Shown: piece by piece, positions 56,344 to 64,000 of the stretch
How positions within the stretch are numbered: the first letter of the stretch is position 1
Layout: the number at the start of each line of letters is the position of its first letter
Assembly: GCA_030682835.1 (NCBI GenBank)
Contig: JAUXNG010000085.1
Span: 6,443-70,442 of the forward strand
Length of the DNA: 64,000 nucleotides
Source: Hydrogenophaga sp.
Lineage (GTDB): Bacteria > Pseudomonadota > Gammaproteobacteria > Burkholderiales > Burkholderiaceae_C
Reading direction: 5' to 3'
Program-made: the position numbers and the translations under genes
The notes under the pieces: generated by a model
Database searches by the model: none
Told to the model about the DNA's origin: nothing
What the model saw: only the letters and a program-made list of their open reading frames with translations

Positions 56344-57708
56344 ATGCTCACACTCGTTGCCTTTGTCGTTGCCCTCGGCCTGCTGATCGCTGTGCACGAG
56401 TACGGGCACTACCGCGTGGCAGTGGCCTGCGGCGTGAAAGTGCTGCGTTTCTCGGTCGGATTCGGCAAGCCCTTGCTGCGCTGGCGGCGCAAGGGCAGTC
56501 CGACCGAATTTGTGCTCTGCGCCTTGCCGCTGGGCGGCTACGTGAAGATGCTCGACGAGCGCGAAGCGCCGGTGGATGCCTCAGAGCGCCACCTGGCCTT
56601 CAACACGCAACCTCTGCGCTCCCGGGCAGCCATCGTGGCTGCCGGTCCGGCCGCCAATCTGCTGCTGGCGGTGGCGCTGTATGCCATCGTCAACTGGAGC
56701 GGGGTGGAAGAGCCTCGGCCGGTGCTCGGCACCCCCACGGTGGCGTCGGTCGCTGAGCGCGCCGGTCTGGTCGGTGGCGAATGGGTGGCGCAGACGTCCA
56801 CCGGTGACGCGGCTCCGGTCGAGGTTACGTCGTTTGAAGACTTCCGCTGGCGCCTGACACAGGCCGCCCTGTCCGGGGACGACCTGACGCTCTGGGTTTC
56901 GGCCGAGGAGGGCGGCCCGGTGCGCCCGGTTGAACTCCGGCTCAGCGAACTCGACGTGCGCGAGGCCGACGCGAGCCTGTTCCAGCGCATCGGCATCGTC
57001 GCCCCCTGGACCGCACCGGTGGTCGGAGACGTGATGGAGGGCGGGGCGGCGGCCCAGGCGGGTCTTCGGGCCGGCGACGTGGTGCGGCGTGTCAATGATC
57101 ATGCCGTTGGCGATGGTCAGCGCCTGCGGCAGTTGATCCGTGGTGGTGTGGGCCCGGTTGGCGAGCGGGTGGAGCAATCCTGGGCTATCGAGCGAGCCGG
57201 CCAGCCGCTCACGATCGCCGTGAGCCCGGCACCCGAGCAGCAGGGCGGTGCCTGGGTGGGACGGGTGGGGGCCTACATCGGGGCTGCGCCGGCCATGCAG
57301 ACGGTGCGCCGCGGCCCGGTGGACGGCTTCACGCAGGGCGTGGTCCGCACCGCCGAGGTGTCCTGGCTGACGCTGAAGATGATGGGCCGCATGGTGATCG
57401 GGGAAGCCTCGCTGAAGAACCTCAGCGGTCCCCTGACGATTGCCGACTACGCCGGCAAGTCTGCGAGCCTGGGCGTCACCTCCTACCTGCTCTTTCTGGC
57501 CCTCATCAGCGTCAGTCTGGGCGTGCTGAATCTGCTCCCTCTGCCGGTCTTGGACGGCGGGCACCTGATGTATTATCTTTGGGAGGGTGTGACCGGACGC
57601 AGTGTGTCTGACGTCTGGATGGAGCGCCTGCAGCGCGGGGGTGTCGTGATCTTGCTGGCACTCATGTCCGTCGCCTTGTTCAATGATGTGGCCCGCTTGG
57701 CCGGCTGA
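56344..57708 (+). CDS. rseP: RIP metalloprotease RseP
   Basis: HEYGH, PLGGYVKM, PDZ domains, NLLPLPVLDGGH. Confidence 0.96.
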   Translation: MLTLVAFVVALGLLIAVHEYGHYRVAVACGVKVLRFSVGFGKPLLRWRRKGSPTEFVLCALPLGGYVKMLDEREAPVDASERHLAFNTQPLRSRAAIVAAGPAANLLLAVALYAIVNWSGVEEPRPVLGTPTVASVAERAGLVGGEWVAQTSTGDAAPVEVTSFEDFRWRLTQAALSGDDLTLWVSAEEGGPVRPVELRLSELDVREADASLFQRIGIVAPWTAPVVGDVMEGGAAAQAGLRAGDVVRRVNDHAVGDGQRLRQLIRGGVGPVGERVEQSWAIERAGQPLTIAVSPAPEQQGGAWVGRVGAYIGAAPAMQTVRRGPVDGFTQGVVRTAEVSWLTLKMMGRMVIGEASLKNLSGPLTIADYAGKSASLGVTSYLLFLALISVSLGVLNLLPLPVLDGGHLMYYLWEGVTGRSVSDVWMERLQRGGVVILLALMSVALFNDVARLAG

Positions 57709-57721
57709 ACCTTTTTCCCCC

Positions 57722-60040
57722 ATGACCAAACACCCCACCGGCCTGCGCCGCCTGTCCCTGACAGCGCTGGCCGCTTCCCTTCTGGCTGCCTTGCCCGCAT
57801 GGGCTGTCGATCCGTTCACCGTGCGCGATATCCGGGTTGAGGGCCTGCAGCGGGTTGAGCCGGGCACCGTGTTCGCTTCGCTGCCGTTCCGCGTCGGCGA
57901 CCAGTACAACGACGAAAAAGGCTCCTCCGCCATCCGCTCCCTGTTCGGGCTGGGCCTGTTCAACGATGTGCGGCTCGAAGTCACCGGCGACGTGCTGGTG
58001 GTCATCGTCGAGGAGCGCCCCACGGTGGCCGACGTGAGCTTCACCGGGATCAAGGAGTTTGACGCCGAGGTGCTCAAGAAGGCCTTGCGCGACATCGGCC
58101 TGACCGAAGGCCGCCCCTTCGACAAAGCGCTCGCCGATCGCGCCGAGCAGGAACTCAAGCGCCAGTACATCAACCGCAGCATGTATGCCTCACAGGTGAT
58201 CACCACCGTGACGCCGGGCGAGCGCAACCGCGTGAACCTCAATTTCAACGTCGTCGAAGGCGACGTGGCCAAGATCAAGGACATCCGGATCGTCGGCAAC
58301 CAGGCCTTCACCGATGCCACGTTGCGTGGCCTGTTCGATCTGGACACCGGTGGCTGGCTGAGCTGGTACACCAAGTCAGACCGCTACTCGCGCGCCAAGC
58401 TCAACGCCGACCTGGAAAACCTGCGCTCCTACTACCTCACCCGGGGTTATCTCGAATTCCGTATCGAGTCGACACAGGTCGCCATCTCGCCCGACAAGGA
58501 GGACATGTCCATCACCATCAACATCGTTGAAGGCCAGCGTTATGTGGTGTCGTCGGTGGAGCTGGAGGGGGAGTACCTGGGCAAGGAAGCCGAATTCAAG
58601 TCGCTGGTGAGCCTGCGCGCCGGTGAGCCCTACAACGCCGAAGACGTGACGACCACGGTCAAGGCGTTCACCGATTACTTTGGCGCCTTCGGTTACGCCT
58701 TCGCGCAGGTTGAAGCCACGCCGGAAATCGACCGCGTCAACAACCGCGTGGCCTTTGTGCTGCGGGCACAGCCGTCGCGCCGCGTCTACGTGCGTCGAAT
58801 CAACGTGGAAGGCAACAACCGCACGCGAGACGAGGTGATCCGCCGCGAATTCCGCCAGCTGGAGTCAGCCTGGTACGACAGCGACCGCATCCGCCTCTCG
58901 CGTGACCGGGTGGACCGCCTGGGGTTCTTCACCGAAGTCAGCGTGGACACGCAGCAGGTGCCCGGCGTGCCCGATCAGGTCGACCTGACCCTCACCGTGG
59001 CCGAAAAGCCCACCGGCAACCTGACGCTCGGCGCCGGTTATTCGCAGGCCGACAAACTGTCGCTGGTGGCCGGTATCAAGCAGGAAAACGTGTTCGGAAC
59101 CGGGAATTACCTGGGGCTGGACCTGAACACCAGCAAATTCAACCGCCAGCTGGTGCTCAGCACCACCAACCCATATTTCACGCCCGACGGCGTGTCCCGC
59201 ACCGTCGACGTCTACTACCGCACCACCACCCCCTACACCGAACAGGGCGGCGACTACCGCCTCGTGACGCCCGGCGCCAGTGTGCGCTTCGGCGTGCCTT
59301 TCACCGAGCAGGACACCGTGTTTTTTGGTGCGGGCGTGGAGCAGACGCGCATCCAGGCGGGCACCGGCCTGCCACAGGCGTATCAGGATTTCTCGGACAC
59401 CTTTGGCAAAAACGCCACCTCGGTTCCGGTCACCGTGGGCTGGGCCCGTGATGGCCGTGACAGCGCGCTCGTGCCGACGGAAGGCCGTCTGCAGCGGTTC
59501 AACACAGAGTTCGGCGTGGCGGGCGATACCCGTTACCTGAAGACCAGTTACCAGTTCCAGCAATACGTGCCGCTCAGCAAGCAGTACACCCTGGCTTTCA
59601 ACGCCGAGGTGGGCTACGGCAAGGGGCTGGGTGGCCGGCCCTACCCGGTATTCAAGAACTTCTTCGGCGGCGGCCTCGGCTCGGTGCGTGGTTTTGAGCA
59701 GGGGACCCTGGGCCCGCTGTCGCCCGTCATCGGCTCGACCACCAGCGAACAGGTCAACATCGGGGGCAACCGCAACGTGGTGCTGAACGCCGAGTTCATC
59801 ACGCCGTTCCCTGGCGCAGGCAATGACCGCACCTTGCGCATGTTCGGCTTTTTCGATGTGGGCAATGTCTACGGTGCGGGCCAGAAGTTTGCGGCCGATG
59901 ACCTGCGGGCGTCGGTCGGCGTGGGCCTGAGCTGGATCTCCCCCATCGGTCCCCTGCGCTTTGCTTACGCGAACCCCATTCGCAAGAAGCCAGACGATAA
60001 AATCCAGAAATTCCAGTGTCAGATCGGAACCGCGTTGTGA
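57722..60040 (+). CDS. bamA: Outer membrane protein assembly factor BamA
   Basis: POTRA repeats (VRDIRVEGLQRV, GNNRTRDEVIRRE), VRGF loop-6 motif, beta-barrel; atypical C-terminus. Confidence 0.96.
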   Translation: MTKHPTGLRRLSLTALAASLLAALPAWAVDPFTVRDIRVEGLQRVEPGTVFASLPFRVGDQYNDEKGSSAIRSLFGLGLFNDVRLEVTGDVLVVIVEERPTVADVSFTGIKEFDAEVLKKALRDIGLTEGRPFDKALADRAEQELKRQYINRSMYASQVITTVTPGERNRVNLNFNVVEGDVAKIKDIRIVGNQAFTDATLRGLFDLDTGGWLSWYTKSDRYSRAKLNADLENLRSYYLTRGYLEFRIESTQVAISPDKEDMSITINIVEGQRYVVSSVELEGEYLGKEAEFKSLVSLRAGEPYNAEDVTTTVKAFTDYFGAFGYAFAQVEATPEIDRVNNRVAFVLRAQPSRRVYVRRINVEGNNRTRDEVIRREFRQLESAWYDSDRIRLSRDRVDRLGFFTEVSVDTQQVPGVPDQVDLTLTVAEKPTGNLTLGAGYSQADKLSLVAGIKQENVFGTGNYLGLDLNTSKFNRQLVLSTTNPYFTPDGVSRTVDVYYRTTTPYTEQGGDYRLVTPGASVRFGVPFTEQDTVFFGAGVEQTRIQAGTGLPQAYQDFSDTFGKNATSVPVTVGWARDGRDSALVPTEGRLQRFNTEFGVAGDTRYLKTSYQFQQYVPLSKQYTLAFNAEVGYGKGLGGRPYPVFKNFFGGGLGSVRGFEQGTLGPLSPVIGSTTSEQVNIGGNRNVVLNAEFITPFPGAGNDRTLRMFGFFDVGNVYGAGQKFAADDLRASVGVGLSWISPIGPLRFAYANPIRKKPDDKIQKFQCQIGTAL

Positions 60041-60558
60041 TGAAGACCTTTTCCCGCCTGTTCAACCGCCAGGCCTTCGTGGGCCTTGCCATTGGCCTGG
60101 GCGCCCTGGGCGCGGCCGCGCAGGACTTTCGCGTCGGTTTTGTGAACACCGACCGCATCTTCCGCGAAGCCAACCTGGCCAAGTCGGCCCAGACCAAGCT
60201 GGAGCAGGAGTTCTCGCGTCGCGAGAAGGAAATCCAGGGACTGGCGACCCAGCTCAAGACCGCGTCGGAGAAGTTCGAGCGTGAGGCCCCCACCTTGCCC
60301 GAAGCACAGCGCACGGCACGGCAGCGCCAGCTGGTCGAGCAGGACCGCGATTTCCAGCGCAAGCAGCGTGAGTTTCAGGAAGACCTGAACCTGCGCAAAA
60401 ACGAAGAACTCCAGACCGTCCTGGAGCGTGCCAACCGCGTCATCAAGCAGGTGGCCGAGGCCGAGAAGTACGACCTGGTGATCCAGGAAGCCGTCTATAT
60501 CCATCCCAGGCACGACATCACCGACAAGGTGCTCAGCGGCTTGAACAGCGCGCGTTAA
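60040..60558 (+). CDS. skp: Periplasmic chaperone Skp/OmpH
   Basis: Signal peptide, RVGFVN, coiled coil, DITDKV; TGATG overlap with bamA. Confidence 0.93.
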   Translation: MKTFSRLFNRQAFVGLAIGLGALGAAAQDFRVGFVNTDRIFREANLAKSAQTKLEQEFSRREKEIQGLATQLKTASEKFEREAPTLPEAQRTARQRQLVEQDRDFQRKQREFQEDLNLRKNEELQTVLERANRVIKQVAEAEKYDLVIQEAVYIHPRHDITDKVLSGLNSAR

Positions 60559-60572
60559 GCGCCTTGCAGTGC

Positions 60573-61625
60573 ATGGCGCGGCCTCTGGGTTCCGTGGTTG
60601 CTGCTCTGGGCGGCACGCTGCTGGGTCCGGCAGACCTGGCGATTCTGCGGCTGGCTCCGCTGGCCACTGCCGGAGCCGGTGACCTGGCGTTCATTGCCCA
60701 GGCGCGTTATGCCAGCCAGCTGCAAACCACTCAGGCTGGGGCACTGATCGTGCCGCCGGCCTTGCAGGAAGCCGCCGTGCAACGCGGCCCCTGCATCGTC
60801 ACCGACGATCCCTATCTCTACTTTGCCCGGCTCACCCAGTGGTGGAAGCGCGAGCATGCGGCGGCCGAGCCGGCTGCCATCGACCCGCAGGCGAGCGTGC
60901 ACGCCACGGCTGAACTGGCCGACGACGTGAGCGTTGGGCCGTTCGCCGTGATCGGTGCACGGGCCCGCATCGGCCGCGGTGTCCGCATCGGACCGCACGC
61001 CGTGGTCGGCGCGGACGCCCAGGTCGGCGCCGAGACCTGCCTGCATGCCCGCGTGGTCGTGGGCGAGCGCTGCGTGGTGGGCGAGCGCGGCATTCTGCAC
61101 CCGGGTGTGGTGATCGGCGCCGACGGTTTTGGCTTTGCGCCGCACCAGGGCCAGTGGATCAAGATCGAGCAGCTGGGGGCGGTGCGCATCGGCGACGACG
61201 TGGAGATCGGCGCCAACACCTGCATCGATAGGGGTGCCCTGGACGACACGGTCATCGAGGACGGCGTGAAGCTCGACAACCTGATCCAGATCGGCCACAA
61301 CGTGCACGTGGGCGCCCACACCGCCATGGCGGGCTGCGTGGGGGTGGCGGGCAGTGCCACCATCGGTGCGCATTGCACCATTGGCGGTGGCGCGGTGGTG
61401 CTGGGGCACCTCGCGCTGGCCGACGGCGTGCATGTCTCGGCGGCCTCGGTGGTGACGCGTTCGATTGCCCGGCCGGGCCACTACACCGGCATGTTTCCCA
61501 TCGACGACAATGCCACCTGGGAGAAGAACGCCGCCTCCCTCAAACAGCTCAACCGCCTGCGCGAGCGGCTAAAAGCCGCGGAGCAGGCCATCGCTTCCGT
61601 TCAAAAAGAAACACCCGCACCATGA
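60573..61625 (+). CDS. lpxD: UDP-3-O-acylglucosamine N-acyltransferase
   Basis: DPYLYFA, hexapeptide repeats, [27 protein letters not shown]. Confidence 0.96.
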   Translation: MARPLGSVVAALGGTLLGPADLAILRLAPLATAGAGDLAFIAQARYASQLQTTQAGALIVPPALQEAAVQRGPCIVTDDPYLYFARLTQWWKREHAAAEPAAIDPQASVHATAELADDVSVGPFAVIGARARIGRGVRIGPHAVVGADAQVGAETCLHARVVVGERCVVGERGILHPGVVIGADGFGFAPHQGQWIKIEQLGAVRIGDDVEIGANTCIDRGALDDTVIEDGVKLDNLIQIGHNVHVGAHTAMAGCVGVAGSATIGAHCTIGGGAVVLGHLALADGVHVSAASVVTRSIARPGHYTGMFPIDDNATWEKNAASLKQLNRLRERLKAAEQAIASVQKETPAP

Positions 61626-62062
61626 TGGACATTCACCAGATTCTCAAGCAGCTGCCCCACCGTTACCCGTTCATCCTGGTGGACCGGGTGCTGGAGCTGG
61701 AGAAGGGCAAGAGCATCAAGGCGCTGAAGAACGTCACCATCAACGAGCCCTTCTTCGGTGGCCATTTCCCGCACCGCCCGGTGATGCCGGGTGTGCTGAT
61801 GCTCGAGGCCATGGCGCAGGCGGCCGCATTGCTGGCCTTCGACACGCTGGGCGCCACGCCCGATGACAAGACCGTCTATTACTTCGCCGGCATCGACGGC
61901 GCCCGCTTCAAGCGCCCGGTCGAGCCCGGCGACCAGCTCGTGATGGACGTGACGCTGGACCGCATGAAGGCCGGCATCTTCAAATTCAAGGGCATCACCC
62001 GCGTCGGCCCCGACGTGGCCTGTGAGGCCGAACTCATGTGCACCATGCGCACCATTGCCTGA
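61622..62062 (+). CDS. fabZ: 3-hydroxyacyl-ACP dehydratase FabZ
   Basis: [32 protein letters not shown]. Confidence 0.97.
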   Translation: MMDIHQILKQLPHRYPFILVDRVLELEKGKSIKALKNVTINEPFFGGHFPHRPVMPGVLMLEAMAQAAALLAFDTLGATPDDKTVYYFAGIDGARFKRPVEPGDQLVMDVTLDRMKAGIFKFKGITRVGPDVACEAELMCTMRTIA

Positions 62063-62081
62063 CCAGCCCGGAACCTGACGC

Positions 62082-62876
62082 ATGGGAACCATCCACGCCA
62101 CCGCTCTGGTGGACCCGGCTGCCCAGCTGGACTCTTCGGTATCGGTTGGCCCCTACACGGTGATCGGCCCGCATGTTCGCGTGTACGCGGGCACGACCAT
62201 CGGCGCGCACTGCGTGATCGAGGGGCACACCACCATCGGGCGCGACAACCGCATCTTCCAGTTCAACTCGCTGGGCGCAATTCCACAGGACAAGAAGTAC
62301 GCGGGCGAACCCTGTGAGCTCGTCATTGGCGACCGCAACACGATCCGCGAGTTCTGCACCTTCAACATCGGCTCCCCCAGCGACCGCGCGGTGACACGCG
62401 TGGGCAACGACAACTGGATCATGGCCTACGTCCACCTGGCGCACGACTGCGTGGTGGGCAACCACACGATCTTCGCCAACAACTCGCAGCTGGCCGGCCA
62501 CGTGGAAGTGGACGACTGGGTGATCCTCGGCGGATTCACGGTGGTGCACCAGTTTGTGCGCATCGGCGCCCATGCCATGACCGCCATGTGCTCGCTGCTG
62601 TTCGCTGATCTGCCGCCTTTCGTCATGTGCCAGGGTCAGCCGGCCCAGGCGCGGTCCATGAATTTCGAGGGCCTGCGCCGACGCGGCTTCACGCCGGGCC
62701 GCATCGCTGCGGTCAAGGCCATGCACAAGGCGCTTTACCGTGATGGCGTGACGCTGGACGCTGCGGTGGAGCGCATTCGCGCTCTGGCCGCCCAGACCCC
62801 GGAAGCGGCACCCGACGTGGCGATGATGCTCGACTTCCTGGGTCGGGTGTCGGCCCAGCGCGGCATCGTGCGCTGA
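62082..62876 (+). CDS. lpxA: Acyl-ACP--UDP-N-acetylglucosamine O-acyltransferase
   Basis: [36 protein letters not shown]. Confidence 0.97.
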   Translation: MGTIHATALVDPAAQLDSSVSVGPYTVIGPHVRVYAGTTIGAHCVIEGHTTIGRDNRIFQFNSLGAIPQDKKYAGEPCELVIGDRNTIREFCTFNIGSPSDRAVTRVGNDNWIMAYVHLAHDCVVGNHTIFANNSQLAGHVEVDDWVILGGFTVVHQFVRIGAHAMTAMCSLLFADLPPFVMCQGQPAQARSMNFEGLRRRGFTPGRIAAVKAMHKALYRDGVTLDAAVERIRALAAQTPEAAPDVAMMLDFLGRVSAQRGIVR

Positions 62877-62878
62877 TC

Positions 62879-64000
62879 ATGGCGGTTTCCCTTCCGCCTG
62901 TGGGCCGCCCCGGGGCGGACGGTGCCGCCTCGCGCAGCGTGTCGGGTGACGCCAGCGCTATCGCGCCCCGCTTTGCGATGGTCGCGGGAGAAACCTCCGG
63001 GGATCTGCTGGCCGGCCTGCTGCTTCAGGGCATGCGCAAAAGGTGGCCTGGTCTGCACGCCAGCGGGATTGGCGGTGCTCGCATGCAGGAACAGGGATTT
63101 GACAGCTGGTGGCCCAGCGAGAAACTGGCTGTGCGAGGCTACGTGGAAGTGCTGCGGCACTACCGCAAGATCGTCGGCATCCGCGAGCAGCTGAAACAAC
63201 GCCTGCTGCAGGGCCAGCACCCGGACGTGTTCATCGGCGTGGACGCGCCCGACTTCAACCTTGACCTGGAAGCTGCCCTGAAGACTCAGGGCGTGCGCAC
63301 GGTGCATTTCGTGTGCCCCTCCATCTGGGCCTGGCGGCCGGAGCGGGTGGAAAAAATCCGCCGCAGCGCCGACCACGTGCTGTGCATCTTTCCGTTCGAA
63401 CCCGACTTGCTAGCACAGCACGGCATCGGCGCCACGTATGTCGGGCATCCACTGGCGAACGTGATTCCGCTGGAGCCCGACCGGGCCGGAGCGCGGCGCC
63501 GGCTGGGCCTGGCCGACGATGACACCGTGGTGGCGATCCTGCCGGGCAGCCGCAGCTCCGAGGTGCAGTACCTGGCGGCGGTCTTTTTCGACGCCGCTGC
63601 GCGACTGTTGCAGGCGCGGCCGGGCTTGCGCCTGCTGGTGCCGGCTGTGCCTGCCCTGCGCGAGCGCATCGAGGCGGCCGCCCGCTCGGCCGGGCTTGAC
63701 GAGCGCCTGCAGGTGGTGGCGGGCCAGTCGCACACCGTGCTGGCCGCCTGCGACGTGACGCTGATCGCCAGCGGCACGGCCACGCTGGAGGCGGCCCTGT
63801 TCAAGCGGCCCATGGTGATCGCTTACAACATGAACTGGCTGTCGTGGCAGATCATGCGACGCAAGCAGCTGCAGCCCTGGGTTGGCCTGCCCAACATCCT
63901 GTGCAACGACTTTGTGGTGCCCGAGTATCTGCAGGGCGCGGCTTCTGCGGGTGCGCTCGCCCAGGCCGTGCTGGACTGGCTCGATGCGCCTGAGAGAATG
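62879..64000 (+). CDS. lpxB: Lipid-A-disaccharide synthase (3' end truncated by window; not in the ORF track)
   Basis: Read manually: MVAGETSGDLL, GVDAPDFN, PSIWAWR, VGHPLA, LPGSRSSE, ASGTATLE, VGLPNIL; start uncertain (62879 or GTG 62939). Confidence 0.95.
   Translation, partial: MAVSLPPVGRPGADGAASRSVSGDASAIAPRFAMVAGETSGDLLAGLLLQGMRKRWPGLHASGIGGARMQEQGFDSWWPSEKLAVRGYVEVLRHYRKIVGIREQLKQRLLQGQHPDVFIGVDAPDFNLDLEAALKTQGVRTVHFVCPSIWAWRPERVEKIRRSADHVLCIFPFEPDLLAQHGIGATYVGHPLANVIPLEPDRAGARRRLGLADDDTVVAILPGSRSSEVQYLAAVFFDAAARLLQARPGLRLLVPAVPALRERIEAAARSAGLDERLQVVAGQSHTVLAACDVTLIASGTATLEAALFKRPMVIAYNMNWLSWQIMRRKQLQPWVGLPNILCNDFVVPEYLQGAASAGALAQAVLDWLDAPERM

Noticed and set aside
60860-61460. Repetitive-looking sequence in lpxD (and lpxA)
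   Set aside because: Ordinary hexapeptide repeats of left-handed beta-helix acyltransferases, not DNA repeats

Overview
High-GC betaproteobacterial chromosome segment; gene order and protein sequences look like Comamonadaceae/Burkholderiales (inference). It has three parts. (1) About 0.25-39.7 kb is a 39-gene sugar-acid (aldonate/uronate/tetronate) catabolic super-cluster. It contains three complete TRAP transporters, two FadR/GntR regulators with visible operator-like palindromes, dehydratases from five unrelated folds (IlvD/Edd, three enolase-superfamily, UxaA/GarD, DHDPS-like, FAH), KdgK, GntK, DgoK, DgoA, DenD, a DUF1537 kinase-PdxA pair, a UxuB-like reductase, two aldehyde dehydrogenases and five classical SDRs. 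(2) About 39.7-50 kb holds a structured intergenic region (candidate sRNA), phaR, rimO, tRNA-Leu(CAG), rnr, a peptidase C26 gene, yggT, nnr, a BON-LysM gene and a DadA-like oxidoreductase. (3) 50.2-64 kb is the conserved rpsB-tsf-pyrH-frr-uppS-cdsA-dxr-rseP-bamA-skp-lpxD-fabZ-lpxA-lpxB operon, with lpxB cut by the window end. I saw no mobile elements, CRISPR arrays or rRNA. The best candidates for something undescribed are the catabolic cluster (especially the SDR-DUF1537-PdxA-SDR module, the two orphan enolases and the uxaC-less SDR-UxuB-ManD route), the candidate anti-Shine-Dalgarno sRNA together with a GGAGAC RBS signature on catabolic genes, and an aberrant BamA C-terminus. All product calls come from motif recognition by eye, without database searches.
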